In this document: positions 17,620-28,086 of the stretch, one piece after another
Position numbering within the stretch: position 1 is the stretch's first letter
Layout of the letters: the number at the start of each line of letters is the position of its first letter
NCBI GenBank assembly: GCA_017536885.1
Contig: JAFWCM010000224.1
Location: 42,013 to 106,012, forward strand
From: Solobacterium sp.
GTDB lineage: Bacteria; Bacillota_I; Bacilli_A; Erysipelotrichales; Erysipelotrichaceae
Length of the DNA: 64,000 nucleotides
Direction: 5' to 3'
Notes under the pieces: model-generated
Databases searched by the model: none
What the model was told of the DNA's origin: nothing
Seen by the model: the letters and a program-made list of their open reading frames with translations, nothing else
Program-made: the position numbers and the translations under genes

Positions 17620-18545
17620 GGGTTGTTCAGAAAATCCTCATAGGCAAGGCGGATTCCCTCTTCCAGTTCGGTTCTGTACGTCCAGCCAAGAGAAGCGGCC
17701 TTCGAGACATCCAGAAGCTTCCGCGGCGTGCCGTTGGGTTTGGAGGTATCCCAGCGGATCTCCCCTTCATATCCGACAATGCGGGCGACCAGATCGGTGA
17801 GATCTCTGATCGTGATCTCTTTGCCGGTGCCGGCGTTGACGGTTTCGTTTCCGCTGTAGTTGTTCATCAGGAAAACGCAGAGATTGGCAAGATCATCCAC
17901 ATACAGGAATTCCCTTAACGGGCTGCCGTCGCCCCAGCAGGTCACATAGGGAAGATGGTTTTCCTTTGCCTCATGAAACCTCCGGATCAAAGCCGGAAGA
18001 ACATGGGAATGGGTCGGATGGTAGTTGTCATTGGGCCCGTAGAGATTCGTGGGCATCACGGAGATATAATCCGTGCCGTACTGGCGGTTGAGATACTCAC
18101 AGTATTTCAGCCCCGAGATCTTCGCCAGGGCGTAGGCTTCATTGGTCTTTTCCAGCTCGGAGGTAAGCAGGCAGCTCTCCTTCATGGGCTGGGGCGCCAT
18201 GCGGGGATAGATGCAGGAGCTGCCGAGGAACTCAAGCTTCTTACAGCCGTTTTTCCAGGCGCTGTGAATCACGTTCATCTCCAGCATCATGTTTTCGTAC
18301 ATGAAGTCCGCAAGCGCTTCGCTGTTGGCGATGATTCCCCCGACCTTGGCAGCCGCAAGGAAGACATACTCCGGCTTTTCCGCTTCGAAGAATTCCTCCA
18401 CTGCCCTCTGGTCGGTAAGATCGAGTTCCTTATGAGTGCGGGTGATGATGTTCTCATAGCCCTGGCGGCGCAGTTCTCTTTCAATCGCCGAGCCGACCAT
18501 GCCGCGGTGTCCCGCAACATAGATCTTCGCGTTTTTCTCCATCAT
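17601..18545 (-). CDS. fcl: GDP-L-fucose synthase (GDP-4-keto-6-deoxymannose 3,5-epimerase/4-reductase)
   Basis: [15 protein letters not shown]...[10 protein letters not shown]...LGSSCIYP...YALAK...[11 protein letters not shown]. The start overlaps the gmd stop in a 4-nt ATGA. Confidence 0.9.
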   Translation of the reverse strand: MMEKNAKIYVAGHRGMVGSAIERELRRQGYENIITRTHKELDLTDQRAVEEFFEAEKPEYVFLAAAKVGGIIANSEALADFMYENMMLEMNVIHSAWKNGCKKLEFLGSSCIYPRMAPQPMKESCLLTSELEKTNEAYALAKISGLKYCEYLNRQYGTDYISVMPTNLYGPNDNYHPTHSHVLPALIRRFHEAKENHLPYVTCWGDGSPLREFLYVDDLANLCVFLMNNYSGNETVNAGTGKEITIRDLTDLVARIVGYEGEIRWDTSKPNGTPRKLLDVSKAASLGWTYRTELEEGIRLAYEDFLNNPMRAER

Positions 18546-19633
18546 TTCTTAACCCCTCTTTCCAGATACTCCTCCAGATTGAATGTCACGTGTTCGCTGG
18601 CTCTTTCCTGTGCCACCTGCCTCATATCGTGTTCCACCATGAGATGGACGAGTTCATCGAAGCTCGTCTTCTGCGGATTCCATCCCAGGATCCGCTTTGC
18701 CTTGGCGGGATCACCGAGCAGATTGACAACATCCGTCGGCCGGTAGAAATCGGGATTGACTTCGACCAGCACGCGGCCGCTTGCCTTGTCGATGCCCTTT
18801 TCATCCGCTCCCTCGCCGGTGAATTCAAGATCGATTCCCGCGTATTTAAACGCAAGCTGGGCAAACTCCCGGACGCTGTGCTGCACGCCGGTCGCGATCA
18901 CGAAATCGTCCGGCTTCTCATTCTGCAGAATCAGCCACATGCATTCCACATAGTCCTTTGCGTATCCCCAGTCCCGCAGCGACGACATATTGCCGAGGTA
19001 CAGCTTATCCTGCTTGCCCTGGGCAATGCGGCTGGCCGCAAGGGTGATCTTTCTTGTGACAAAGGTCTCGCCTCTGCGTTCGCTTTCGTGGTTGAAGAGA
19101 ATGCCGTTGCACGCAAACATCCCGTAGGCATCGCGGTATTCCTTTACAATCCAGTATCCGTACTGCTTGGCCACGGCATAGGGGCTGTAGGGATGGAACG
19201 GGGTTTCCTCATTCTGCGGCACTTCCTCGACCTTTCCGTAGAGCTCGGAGGTGCTTGCCTGATAAATGCGGCAGTTATCCTTCTGACCGGTGACCCGCAC
19301 CGCTTCCAGGATTCTCAGCACTCCCACCGCGTCGGTATCGGCGGTGTATTCCGGGCTGTCGAAACTGACCTGGACATGCGACTGAGCGGCCAGGTTGTAG
19401 ATTTCATCCGGCCGCACTTCGCCGATCACGGCAATCAGGCCGCTGGAATCGGTAAGATCTCCGTAATGAAGATGGAAGTTCGGATTCCCTTCCAGGTGCG
19501 CAATTCTCTGCCGGAAATCCACGCTGCTTCGGCGGATCAGTCCGTGAACGTCATATCCCTTTTCCAGGAGAAACTCCGATAAATAGGATCCGTCCTGGCC
19601 GGTCACACCGGTAATCAGTGCCTTTTTTTTCAT
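18542..19633 (-). CDS. gmd: GDP-mannose 4,6-dehydratase
   Basis: [37 protein letters not shown]...[13 protein letters not shown]...STSELYG...SPYAVAK. Confidence 0.95.
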   Translation of the reverse strand: MKKKALITGVTGQDGSYLSEFLLEKGYDVHGLIRRSSVDFRQRIAHLEGNPNFHLHYGDLTDSSGLIAVIGEVRPDEIYNLAAQSHVQVSFDSPEYTADTDAVGVLRILEAVRVTGQKDNCRIYQASTSELYGKVEEVPQNEETPFHPYSPYAVAKQYGYWIVKEYRDAYGMFACNGILFNHESERRGETFVTRKITLAASRIAQGKQDKLYLGNMSSLRDWGYAKDYVECMWLILQNEKPDDFVIATGVQHSVREFAQLAFKYAGIDLEFTGEGADEKGIDKASGRVLVEVNPDFYRPTDVVNLLGDPAKAKRILGWNPQKTSFDELVHLMVEHDMRQVAQERASEHVTFNLEEYLERGVKK

Positions 19634-19729
19634 ATGTGTAGTCCTTTCCGTTTTTTTACATCAAGAGGATATCAGAAGTCACGGGTTTGCACCATAGACA
19701 GAAATGACCTGAATTTGTATTATATTGAC

Positions 19730-20593
19730 ATGAGTGAAAATCTGTTATTTCAGGGAGAAACCGTTCATTCCCAGAGAATTTTGTATACTCCGAGTCCGTT
19801 TGCGAAAAACAATCTGTTCTACCTGCAGGAAACGGGAAGCCTGCGGGCGGCGAAAGTGCATAAAAGCGCGCGGTCGTGGCTCGACTCCTATCTCTTTCTT
19901 CTGATCACGGAAGGAAGCGGCACCGTTGTTTCGGGAAATTCCGCCTGTTCTCTGAAACAGGGAGACTGCGTGTTTCTCGACTGCCACATCCCCTATTGGC
20001 ATGAAAGCTCAGAGGATCTCTGGTCGCTGCGCTGGGTGCACTTCAGCGGCACCACGATGCCGAGCATCTACCGCAAGTTCATGGAGCGAAGCGGGTCCTG
20101 CCGGTTTTCGGCTGCGGATGTCTCCCGCTGCACGTTTCTCCTCGATACGCTGTTTGCCCTTGGAAACAGCGAAAGCTATGTCCGGGATATGGAACTGCAC
20201 GAAACGCTTTCCGGCCTTCTCACAATGATCATGAAAGACTGCTGGAGCGACACGAACAATCCCAGAAGCCATTCCCTGCACAACCTCGAAGCGGTGGTGA
20301 CCTGGCTTCATGAGCACTACACGGAGAAGATCAGCCTCGACGAGCTTTCCGAGCGCTTCTTCATCAACAAATACTATCTCACCCGCCTCTTCAAACGGCA
20401 GTACGGCATGACGATCAGCGATTTCATCCTTGAGCTCAGAATCCGCAGGTCCAAGGAACTGCTTCGGTTTTCCGGGGAATCCATGGAAGCGATCGCGGAA
20501 CAGTGCGGGTTCTATGACCTCGCCTATTTTTCCCGGAAATTCAAAAAGACGGAGGGCACTTCCCCTTCCGTCTATCGAAGACAATGGCTGTAA
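19730..20593 (+). CDS. AraC-family transcriptional regulator with an N-terminal cupin sensor domain
   Basis: C-terminal HTH x2: ISLDELSERFFINKYYLTRLFKRQYGMT...MEAIAEQCGFYDLAYFSRKFKKTEGTSPSVYR. Divergent from gmd-fcl. Confidence 0.85.
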   Translation: MSENLLFQGETVHSQRILYTPSPFAKNNLFYLQETGSLRAAKVHKSARSWLDSYLFLLITEGSGTVVSGNSACSLKQGDCVFLDCHIPYWHESSEDLWSLRWVHFSGTTMPSIYRKFMERSGSCRFSAADVSRCTFLLDTLFALGNSESYVRDMELHETLSGLLTMIMKDCWSDTNNPRSHSLHNLEAVVTWLHEHYTEKISLDELSERFFINKYYLTRLFKRQYGMTISDFILELRIRRSKELLRFSGESMEAIAEQCGFYDLAYFSRKFKKTEGTSPSVYRRQWL

Positions 20594-20594
20594 T

Positions 20595-20623
20595 CCGCTT
20601 CCCGAAGGATGCGGTCTTTTTTT
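20595..20623. terminator. Intrinsic terminator between the convergent AraC and EpsG-like genes
   Basis: CCGCTTCC-cgaa-GGATGCGG (one mismatch) followed by TCTTTTTTT. Confidence 0.6.
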
Positions 20624-20628
20624 CAGGG

Positions 20629-21819
20629 TCAACGGTTCATATCGGCTTCGGGTTCATTCTCTTCCGGAAACAGGGCGTCGATCCTCGCTTTTTCAAAAAC
20701 GGTGATATAAGGAAACTTCGCAACCGTGATATCGAGGCGTCCGTTTTCACTGACCTGCGTGCATTTGACGGAGATGTCGGTATAGAGAAGAACGGCATTG
20801 ACCGCAAATACCGCCGCTGCGGCAGCGAGTTTTTTCCGCATCCCGGGGATCTCCGAAAGAAGATTCGGAATCATGATCAACTGGATGATCTGAATGAGAT
20901 CGGAAGCTCTCGACATGATCGAGTAACCCGCAAAGAGATAATAGAGAACACAGCTGTACACAAAGGTCATGATCTCCATCCAGCGGAAACGGTCCCATCG
21001 GGATTTGTCGGCGAAATAACACATTAACATCACCCCGAGCAGAAAGACGATCTCCATGGCCGAACCGGCGTAGCTGAAACTGCGGCGGTGGAAATAAGCA
21101 AGCAGATGGGTCCAGACCGGCGCATACCCGGTCTGCTCGGTGATCATGTATTCCAGGCGGATCGCATATTTGTTGATCAGCCAGGAAAGACACCAGGCGA
21201 TGAAGGAAACGATCAGGGTGATGCGGTACGGATTTTTCGCAAAGCGGTCGGCGAACCGTTCCAAAAGCGGCACGATCAGAAGGATCAGCGCAACTTCCTG
21301 AAACGAGGCCGCAACCAGGATGAAGATGATATACCAGAGGTATTTTTTCTTCGGCAGAAACTCATAAAAGGCAAAGAGGTAGACGGCCATGGCCAGGCCC
21401 TGCTTCATTCCGCTGCCGTAATATACTTCAAGCATTCCGCTGCCCACAAACAGAAGCAGGGAAAACAGCGAATTGCGGCTGTGCTTATATACCGTATAAG
21501 AACAGAGCCCCAGTATGATCAGATTGGACAGAAGGACAAAGTACCGGAATTCGCCGAAGGTGATCTTGACCAGGTAATTCAGAAAGGTATAGCCGGGATT
21601 CCGCATCATATGCGAGGAGAGATCCCCCAGGGGACTGTCGAGAATATGAAACATCCAGGAATAGCCTTCCGTATCCTGTCCGATCGAAAACCGGATCAGA
21701 AAGAATACGGCGATGATTCCGTACAGTATCCATTCGTTTTTTTCATTTCGCTTCTCCTGGCGGAATATGATGCAGCATACAGCCGCTGTAAGCAGCGCGT
21801 AGATCAGAAGTACATACAT
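20629..21819 (-). CDS. EpsG-family polytopic membrane protein (Wzy-type polymerase candidate)
   Basis: 396 aa and about 10 hydrophobic segments. The early loop FSIGQDTEGYSWMF is typical of EpsG-like polymerases. It is the last gene of a PGT-containing operon. Confidence 0.65.
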   Translation of the reverse strand: MYVLLIYALLTAAVCCIIFRQEKRNEKNEWILYGIIAVFFLIRFSIGQDTEGYSWMFHILDSPLGDLSSHMMRNPGYTFLNYLVKITFGEFRYFVLLSNLIILGLCSYTVYKHSRNSLFSLLLFVGSGMLEVYYGSGMKQGLAMAVYLFAFYEFLPKKKYLWYIIFILVAASFQEVALILLIVPLLERFADRFAKNPYRITLIVSFIAWCLSWLINKYAIRLEYMITEQTGYAPVWTHLLAYFHRRSFSYAGSAMEIVFLLGVMLMCYFADKSRWDRFRWMEIMTFVYSCVLYYLFAGYSIMSRASDLIQIIQLIMIPNLLSEIPGMRKKLAAAAAVFAVNAVLLYTDISVKCTQVSENGRLDITVAKFPYITVFEKARIDALFPEENEPEADMNR

Positions 21820-21825
21820 CGCGTT

Positions 21826-22935
21826 TTATTTCCTGCAGGAGAGAATCACTTCCGAGATCCGGTCAACCTCCTCTTCGGTAAGATCCGCAAACATCGGAAG
21901 GGTCAGAACCTGCCGGCTGTACTCCTGGGCAACCGGGGTGTCATCGGGATCATAGCTCTTTCGGTAGGCACCGCACGCATTCACGCATGGATAGAAATAC
22001 TTTCTGGCAAAGATGCCGTGTTCCTTCAGTTCTGCCTGCACTTCATTGCGGTCACTGCCGAAGACAGCGGGATCGAAGAAGACGGGGAAATAGGCGGAGT
22101 TGGTATTCACATCCTTCTGCACGCAGTTCAGGCGCAGCCCCGTGATGCCGGAGAGATTCTTCCGATAGCGTTCGGCGGCCTTTTTCCGCTTTGCGATTTC
22201 ACCGTCGACGTGACGCAGATTGCACAGTCCCATCGCCGCGCAGAATTCATTCATCTTGGCATTGGGACCGACAAGGTCGATGGTCTCCTCATCCTGAATT
22301 CCGAAATCCTTCAGCATCCACAGGCGCTTTCCGACTTCATCGTCATGATAGACAGCCGCGCCCCCTTCAATGGTGTGGAAGACCTTGGTCGCATGGAAGG
22401 AATAACAGGAAACATCGCCGAAATTCCCGATCCCCTTTCCCTTATAGGTCACGCCGAACGCATGCGCCGCATCATAGATGACCTTCAGATTGTGTTTCTT
22501 CGCAATCGCTTCGATCTTCTCGACATCACAGACGTTGCCGTAGACATGAACCGGCATGATCGCCGAGGTCTTTTCGGTAATCAGGGATTCGATCTGATCC
22601 GCATCGATCGTGCAGGTCAGGGGATCGATATCGCAGAACACCGGCGTAAGACCGTTTCTTACGATGGCGTGCGTTGTCGAGATAAACGTAAAGGGCGTGG
22701 TGATGATCTCACCGGAAAGATTCAGCGCATCGAGAGACAGTTCCAGTGCCATGTGGCCGTTGGTGAAAAGATCCAGTTTTTCCACCCCGAGATACTGTTT
22801 CAGCTCCTCGATCAATGTCATATGTTTCTTTCCCATATTGGAAAGCCAGCGGCTTTCGAATACGGGTCTGATTTCTTCGATATACTCCTCAAACTCGGGC
22901 ATTGAGGATCTTGTCACTAATATCTGCTTTTCCAT
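21826..22935 (-). CDS. DegT/DnrJ/EryC1-family PLP-dependent sugar aminotransferase
   Basis: ITTPFTFISTTHAI...MPVHVYGN...DAAHAFG...CYSFHATKVFHTIEGGA (PLP lysine context). Confidence 0.9.
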   Translation of the reverse strand: MEKQILVTRSSMPEFEEYIEEIRPVFESRWLSNMGKKHMTLIEELKQYLGVEKLDLFTNGHMALELSLDALNLSGEIITTPFTFISTTHAIVRNGLTPVFCDIDPLTCTIDADQIESLITEKTSAIMPVHVYGNVCDVEKIEAIAKKHNLKVIYDAAHAFGVTYKGKGIGNFGDVSCYSFHATKVFHTIEGGAAVYHDDEVGKRLWMLKDFGIQDEETIDLVGPNAKMNEFCAAMGLCNLRHVDGEIAKRKKAAERYRKNLSGITGLRLNCVQKDVNTNSAYFPVFFDPAVFGSDRNEVQAELKEHGIFARKYFYPCVNACGAYRKSYDPDDTPVAQEYSRQVLTLPMFADLTEEEVDRISEVILSCRK

Positions 22936-22943
22936 ACATCTCC

Positions 22944-23984
22944 TTAATAAGCGGTGCTGATCGGGCCGCCGAAGAGATCCAGTTTTTTCAGCAGATCCTT
23001 CATTTCCTCCAGGGAAAGCCGGCGGGTGTTGTTGCTGTGATAGGATTCGGTCCGGGCGACCGCTTCATCCCCTTTTGTAAAATACTTGTCGTAGTTGAGA
23101 TCGCGGTTGTCGGCGGGAATGCGGAAGTAGTTTCCCATATCCTTCGCCTTGACCATCTCTTCGCTGGTCACCAGCACCTCATACAGCTTTTCGCCGTGCC
23201 GGATCCCGATCGTGCGGATTTCATTGTCCGCGTGTTTCAGATCCAGTACCGCTCTGGCCAGAGTGTCCAGAGAGGCGGCCGGCGCCTTCTGCACGAAGAG
23301 ATCGCCCTGAGATCCGTGCTCGAATGCATAGAGCACCAGTTCCACCGCATCTTCGAGCGTCATCATGAAGCGGGTCATGGACCCGTCGGTCACGGTGAGG
23401 GGCTTTCCGTGTTCGATCTGTTCACAGAACAGCGGAATGACCGACCCCCGGCTTCCCATCACGTTGCCGTATCTTGTCAGACACAGCACCGGACCGCTGC
23501 CGCCGATCTGCCGGGAGCGGGCGATGACGTTTTTCTCCATCAAAGCCTTGGTCATGCCCATCGCATTGACGGGATAGGCGGCCTTATCGGTGGACAGGAA
23601 GATCGCTTTCTTCACCCCGTGCATCTCACAGGCGGTGATCACGTTGTTGGAGCCGAGAACATTGGTCTTGACCGCTTCGATCGGATAGAATTCACAGCTC
23701 GGCACCTGTTTGAGGGCCGCCGCATGGAAAACGAAATCCGCTCCTTTGAACGCGCCTTCCATCGAGGCATAGTCACGGACATCCCCGATATAGTATTTCA
23801 GTTTGGAGCTCTCCTTCGGAACCCTTTCCTGATACAGATGGCGCATGTCATCCTGTTTCTTTTCGTCTCTGGAAACAATGCGGATCTCCCGGATTCCCGT
23901 CTTGAGAAACCGGCGGCAGACCGCGTTGCCGAAGGATCCGGTGCCGCCGGTGATCACCAGCACCTTTCCGTCAAAAACAGACAT
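22944..23984 (-). CDS. capE: UDP-GlcNAc 4,6-dehydratase/5-epimerase, CapE/FnlA/WbjB type
   Basis: VLVITGGTGSFGNAV..IREIRIVSRDEKKQDDMR..FHAAALKQVPSCEF..LSTDKAAYPVNAMGMTKALMEK..YFRIPADNRDLNYDKYF. Close to S. aureus CapE as I recall that sequence. Confidence 0.88.
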   Translation of the reverse strand: MSVFDGKVLVITGGTGSFGNAVCRRFLKTGIREIRIVSRDEKKQDDMRHLYQERVPKESSKLKYYIGDVRDYASMEGAFKGADFVFHAAALKQVPSCEFYPIEAVKTNVLGSNNVITACEMHGVKKAIFLSTDKAAYPVNAMGMTKALMEKNVIARSRQIGGSGPVLCLTRYGNVMGSRGSVIPLFCEQIEHGKPLTVTDGSMTRFMMTLEDAVELVLYAFEHGSQGDLFVQKAPAASLDTLARAVLDLKHADNEIRTIGIRHGEKLYEVLVTSEEMVKAKDMGNYFRIPADNRDLNYDKYFTKGDEAVARTESYHSNNTRRLSLEEMKDLLKKLDLFGGPISTAY

Positions 23985-23987
23985 AGG

Positions 23988-25319
23988 CTATTCACTTACT
24001 CCTTCCGTGCTTTCCTTCTTGAACAGGATCTTGAATGTCATGAAGATGATTCTGAGATCCATCAGTAATGAGAACTGCTCGATATAGATCAGATCAAACA
24101 GCAGCTTGTCCTTGAGCCGCGTATTGTATTTTCCGTACACCTGGGCGTAGCCGGTCAGTCCGGCTTTGACCCCGAGCCGGTAATCGAACTCCGGCACCTC
24201 TTCCTTGATCTTCTCGATCAGCTCCGGCCGCTCCGGCCGCGGGCCGACCACCGACATGTCCCCGGTCAGGATATTGATCAGCTGGGGAAGCTCATCGATC
24301 CGGCACGAGCGGATAAACCGGCCGACCTTTGTGATCCGGTCATCATGTTCTTTCGCCAGCTGTGCCTTCCCGTCTTTTTCCGCATCCACCCGCATGGAGC
24401 GGAATTTGATGATCTGAAACGGCCGGCCGTACTCGGTAAGCCGGACCTGCTTATAGAAGACGGGGCCTCTGTCCTGAAGCTTGATCGCAAGCGCCGTGAT
24501 CAGAAGAATCGGGCTCGTCAGGATCAGAAACGCCAAAGCAAAGACAATGTCAAAAAACCGTTTCACGATTTTCTCCAGCTGACTCGGTCCGAAGTTGTTC
24601 ACCTTGAATACCGGGGTATCCACGAGGTATACCTTCCGTCCGGAATTCATGATCACATCATAGATTCCCGGCACGATATACAGGCTTTTCCGCAGTTCAT
24701 AGCAGGTCTTGGCAATCCGGTTTTTCTGATCGGGATACAGGCCGACCGCCACGATGCATTCATAGTCCTTCAGCTCGCCGAAGTGCTTCATGACTTCCGC
24801 ATAGGGTTCCGTCTTCTGAATATCGTAGCTGTTGGCCTGATATTTCAGAATCCGCTCATAGATCGATTCGTCTTCCCGCTCATAGACCATGATCGTCTTC
24901 TTCGGGGGAAAGACACCGTAGTAGATTTTATTGAACAGAATGTTGAGAAGCACATCCAGGACGATATTTGCGGCGAGGTAGGAAAAAAACGGCCGGATGT
25001 CGATCGTACCCTTGGTCAGCACCCAGAAAATGAAGAAGATGACCGCATTGGAAAACACCAGCGAAAGCGACTGGGAAAAGATGAGGTCGGATGTGGTCGC
25101 AAAGCCGATATCAAAGCCGCCGAAGATCGAATTGAAGGTAATCAGGAGAATGACATACACTGCCATGTATATGACATGGCCCCAGAAGTAATAGATCACT
25201 TCCCCATAGTAGTAGTTGAAATACATGTAGATGAAGAACAGAAAAAGAACCAGGATTATAGAAAGATTAATCAGGAATCTCGCCGTGATCTCCGTTCGTT
25301 CCGTCCTTCTGATTTTCAT
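23988..25319 (-). CDS. Polyprenyl-phosphate phosphoglycosyl transferase (large WbaP/CpsE-like PGT), no. 1
   Basis: N-terminal TM helices, then KRFFDIVFALAFLILTSPILLITALAIKLQDRGPVFYKQVR..IKFRSM..DDRITKVGRFIRSCRIDELPQLINILTGDMSVVGPRPERP..KAGLTGYAQV. Confidence 0.9.
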   Translation of the reverse strand: MKIRRTERTEITARFLINLSIILVLFLFFIYMYFNYYYGEVIYYFWGHVIYMAVYVILLITFNSIFGGFDIGFATTSDLIFSQSLSLVFSNAVIFFIFWVLTKGTIDIRPFFSYLAANIVLDVLLNILFNKIYYGVFPPKKTIMVYEREDESIYERILKYQANSYDIQKTEPYAEVMKHFGELKDYECIVAVGLYPDQKNRIAKTCYELRKSLYIVPGIYDVIMNSGRKVYLVDTPVFKVNNFGPSQLEKIVKRFFDIVFALAFLILTSPILLITALAIKLQDRGPVFYKQVRLTEYGRPFQIIKFRSMRVDAEKDGKAQLAKEHDDRITKVGRFIRSCRIDELPQLINILTGDMSVVGPRPERPELIEKIKEEVPEFDYRLGVKAGLTGYAQVYGKYNTRLKDKLLFDLIYIEQFSLLMDLRIIFMTFKILFKKESTEGVSE

Positions 25320-25360
25320 ACTTCTTCAATTCTACAACAAATATCCCTGTTTTGCGGCAT

Positions 25361-26458
25361 TCACAGCTGATACAGCGCCAGAATCTGCGGCTCGATGACT
25401 TCCCGGGAATACGGTTCGATATCCTTCTTTTCCTGCGCGCTGAACGCCTCGCGAAGAGCGGCCGAGCGGCGCAGTTCGGTCAGCTTCCGCAGGAAGACGG
25501 CGGTATCGTCGACGGGATAGAGAAAGCCGTTTACGCCGTCATGAATGAGATCGCGGTTGCCGCGGATCCCGGTTGCGATGACGGGCAGGCCGGCTGCCAT
25601 CGCTTCCATGACCGCAACCGGAAGGCCTTCCTGATAGGAGGGAAAAACGAACACATCCATGCCGTACATCAGTTTTCTTGCGTCCTTCCGGAAGCCGAGA
25701 AGATGAACCTGGCCATCCAGGCCCTCACGCTTCAGCTCATCCGCCAGCGCTTCGCTGAGCTTTCCGCTGCCGGCGATCACATAATGAAGCTTCGGGTCAG
25801 AGAGGAAGCTGTTCTTCAGACTGTTGATGATGAAGCGGTGATTCTTGCGGGGAATCAGCTCGCCGATCGAATACAGCACAAAGGCATCCTCGCCGATTCC
25901 CAGTTCCTTTCGGAGCACGGAGCGCTCTTCCCGGTCGCTTTGAATCGCTCTTACATCCACGCCGACGCCGGGAATATAGACAGGTCCCCCGCCCTTTTTA
26001 TAATGAAAGGTTTTCGCGGCTTCATAGTCTTCGGGATTGATCGTCATCAGCACATCGGTCCAGTGGGCAGCCAGCCGTTCCATGTTCTTATAGGCAAGCT
26101 GATTGATCATTGGACTGCCGTTCCAGAAATGGAAGCCGTGAGCGGTGTAGATCACCTTGAGATCAAAACCGCTAGCCGCTTTTCTTCCGAAGAATCCGGC
26201 AACGGGAGAATGACAGGAGATGATGTCATACCGATTTTCCCGGAGGATTTCCTCCAGCTGCTTTTCCGCCTTGAAATTATCCGGATGGAGGGGATTCCGG
26301 TTAAAGGGCACCGTGTATTTGCGGTGAATGGAATCGATGGTGTAAGTACCGTTGGTCACTGCGTCAACCGTATGCCCCATAGCGGCAAGCGCATCGATCG
26401 TGCGCCAGTGAAATGTCTGAATCTGAAGATCCATGGTTGTACAGAACAGTATTTTCAT
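25361..26458 (-). CDS. GT4 glycosyltransferase
   Basis: FVFPSYQEGLPVAVMEAMAAGLPVIATGIRGNRDLIHDGVNGFLY (EX7E region). Confidence 0.85.
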   Translation of the reverse strand: MKILFCTTMDLQIQTFHWRTIDALAAMGHTVDAVTNGTYTIDSIHRKYTVPFNRNPLHPDNFKAEKQLEEILRENRYDIISCHSPVAGFFGRKAASGFDLKVIYTAHGFHFWNGSPMINQLAYKNMERLAAHWTDVLMTINPEDYEAAKTFHYKKGGGPVYIPGVGVDVRAIQSDREERSVLRKELGIGEDAFVLYSIGELIPRKNHRFIINSLKNSFLSDPKLHYVIAGSGKLSEALADELKREGLDGQVHLLGFRKDARKLMYGMDVFVFPSYQEGLPVAVMEAMAAGLPVIATGIRGNRDLIHDGVNGFLYPVDDTAVFLRKLTELRRSAALREAFSAQEKKDIEPYSREVIEPQILALYQL

Positions 26459-28086
26459 TTCCTTCCCTCCGTGATGAAGAGCACTCCGTTCTTCATCTCT
26501 GCAATTTTTTCCTTGCCGGCAAACCAGGGATCGCTTTCCTGCATATCATAGACCGCTGCCGTGCGGTCGAGATAAATCAGGGAAGGAAGCCGGTCGGGAT
26601 GTTCTTCCCAGTAGAGCTCCTGGGCATCTGTCATCTGTCCTTCTTCCCAGAAATACGGGTAAGTGGAAAATGACGCAATTCTCTTATTCAGGGCAAGGTA
26701 TTCCCAGCAGTTCCATGTCAGCAGCACCGCATTTTTTTCGTGTCTTCCGTTGATCGCGCGGATATCCTCCAGGGAATCATAATACTGCTGCACATTCGCG
26801 GGTGAATCCCTCAGTCCCTTGAGAGGACCTCTTGCAATCATTGTATTGTAAGTGCCCGATCCGTCATAGACATCTTCCGCCTTGCCGTAGAGCAAAAGGA
26901 TCATCAGTACCGCCCCCATCATGGTGAGATGCGGTTTTCCGCCGGTTTTCGCAAACAGCATCGTCATCGAACAGGCCAGGATCAGCGGTGCGATCCAGGT
27001 CCGCGGGCCGACGTTGCTCGAAATCAGAATCATGCAGGCATGAAAGACGGAGATGCGGAATACAACCGCGGGATAGGAACGGTCATCAAAGAGGATCAGA
27101 TATACCAATCCGCATACCGCCGCCGGCAGAAGCACCGTACCGTGGCCGCCGAGATTCTCCTGATAGGAGTTGAACAGGCCGGCATAGACCATGGGAAATA
27201 CGGACAGAATCAGAACGATGCGGAAATACCTGTACTTGAGTTCCCTGGGTTTTCCCCTCAGAAAGAAGGCAGCGATCACTTCCAGCACCAGCAGCGGAAG
27301 AAACAGATGGAAAAACCGCCAGAGCAGAGCGATGTTTCTTGCGGCCTGGCGCAGGCCGCCGCTGTGGCTCGGATCAATCAGATGACCAAGGGAGGCCAGC
27401 ACATCTTTCGGCGCCGTCATCAGGAACACATAGGCGAGAAACATTCCCATGGCACACAATACCCCAAGGGTCATATATGCCCAGCGGGTTCTTGAAAACC
27501 AGTCCGGCTTCACGATCATCACGATGGTGAGAAACACATACAGCAGAGCCAGATACGGCGTATTGATCACCGCAAACGAGGCAAACAGCCCGGTGATCAC
27601 CAGCCGCAGCTTTTCTTCCCTCTCATCGGGATAAGCGCATACCGCAAGAATCACAAACATGACCGACATCGTGTTGTAGGACAGGGCCATGATCTGAAAC
27701 GGCGTATAGAGAAGATAGATCATGGCCGCGGCAGCCGCCCGCGATTTCAGCGGTTCAAACCGCAGATACAATACATAGCCCGTAAACATCAGACAGACCG
27801 CGTAGACAAGCCGCATGAACAGCTGAATGCCCTCGGTGCCGTGGGTGATCCGCAGGTAGATGCTCACCAGCGGGTCGAGAAAAAAACTGATCATCTGGGC
27901 GATATGCCAGTCATCCGCAAACATCCGGTCATCGCCGGCAAAGCGGTATCCCAGGGTGGTATAGAAATGCTCGTCCGCACTTCCCATCCCCCGAAACGCC
28001 TTCCACACCTGCAGCACGAAAACACCCGCAAGGATTGCGTAGAAGAGAATCTTCCGTCTAGTTGTTTTTGATAAGCTTGAATCCAT
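26455..28086 (-). CDS. Polytopic membrane protein, GT-C-like (ArnT/PMT-type) or polymerase candidate
   Basis: 543 aa and more than 10 hydrophobic segments. There is an acidic motif after TM1 (GMGSADEHFY) and a C-terminal soluble domain of ~120 aa. Confidence 0.5.
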   Translation of the reverse strand: MDSSLSKTTRRKILFYAILAGVFVLQVWKAFRGMGSADEHFYTTLGYRFAGDDRMFADDWHIAQMISFFLDPLVSIYLRITHGTEGIQLFMRLVYAVCLMFTGYVLYLRFEPLKSRAAAAAMIYLLYTPFQIMALSYNTMSVMFVILAVCAYPDEREEKLRLVITGLFASFAVINTPYLALLYVFLTIVMIVKPDWFSRTRWAYMTLGVLCAMGMFLAYVFLMTAPKDVLASLGHLIDPSHSGGLRQAARNIALLWRFFHLFLPLLVLEVIAAFFLRGKPRELKYRYFRIVLILSVFPMVYAGLFNSYQENLGGHGTVLLPAAVCGLVYLILFDDRSYPAVVFRISVFHACMILISSNVGPRTWIAPLILACSMTMLFAKTGGKPHLTMMGAVLMILLLYGKAEDVYDGSGTYNTMIARGPLKGLRDSPANVQQYYDSLEDIRAINGRHEKNAVLLTWNCWEYLALNKRIASFSTYPYFWEEGQMTDAQELYWEEHPDRLPSLIYLDRTAAVYDMQESDPWFAGKEKIAEMKNGVLFITEGRK

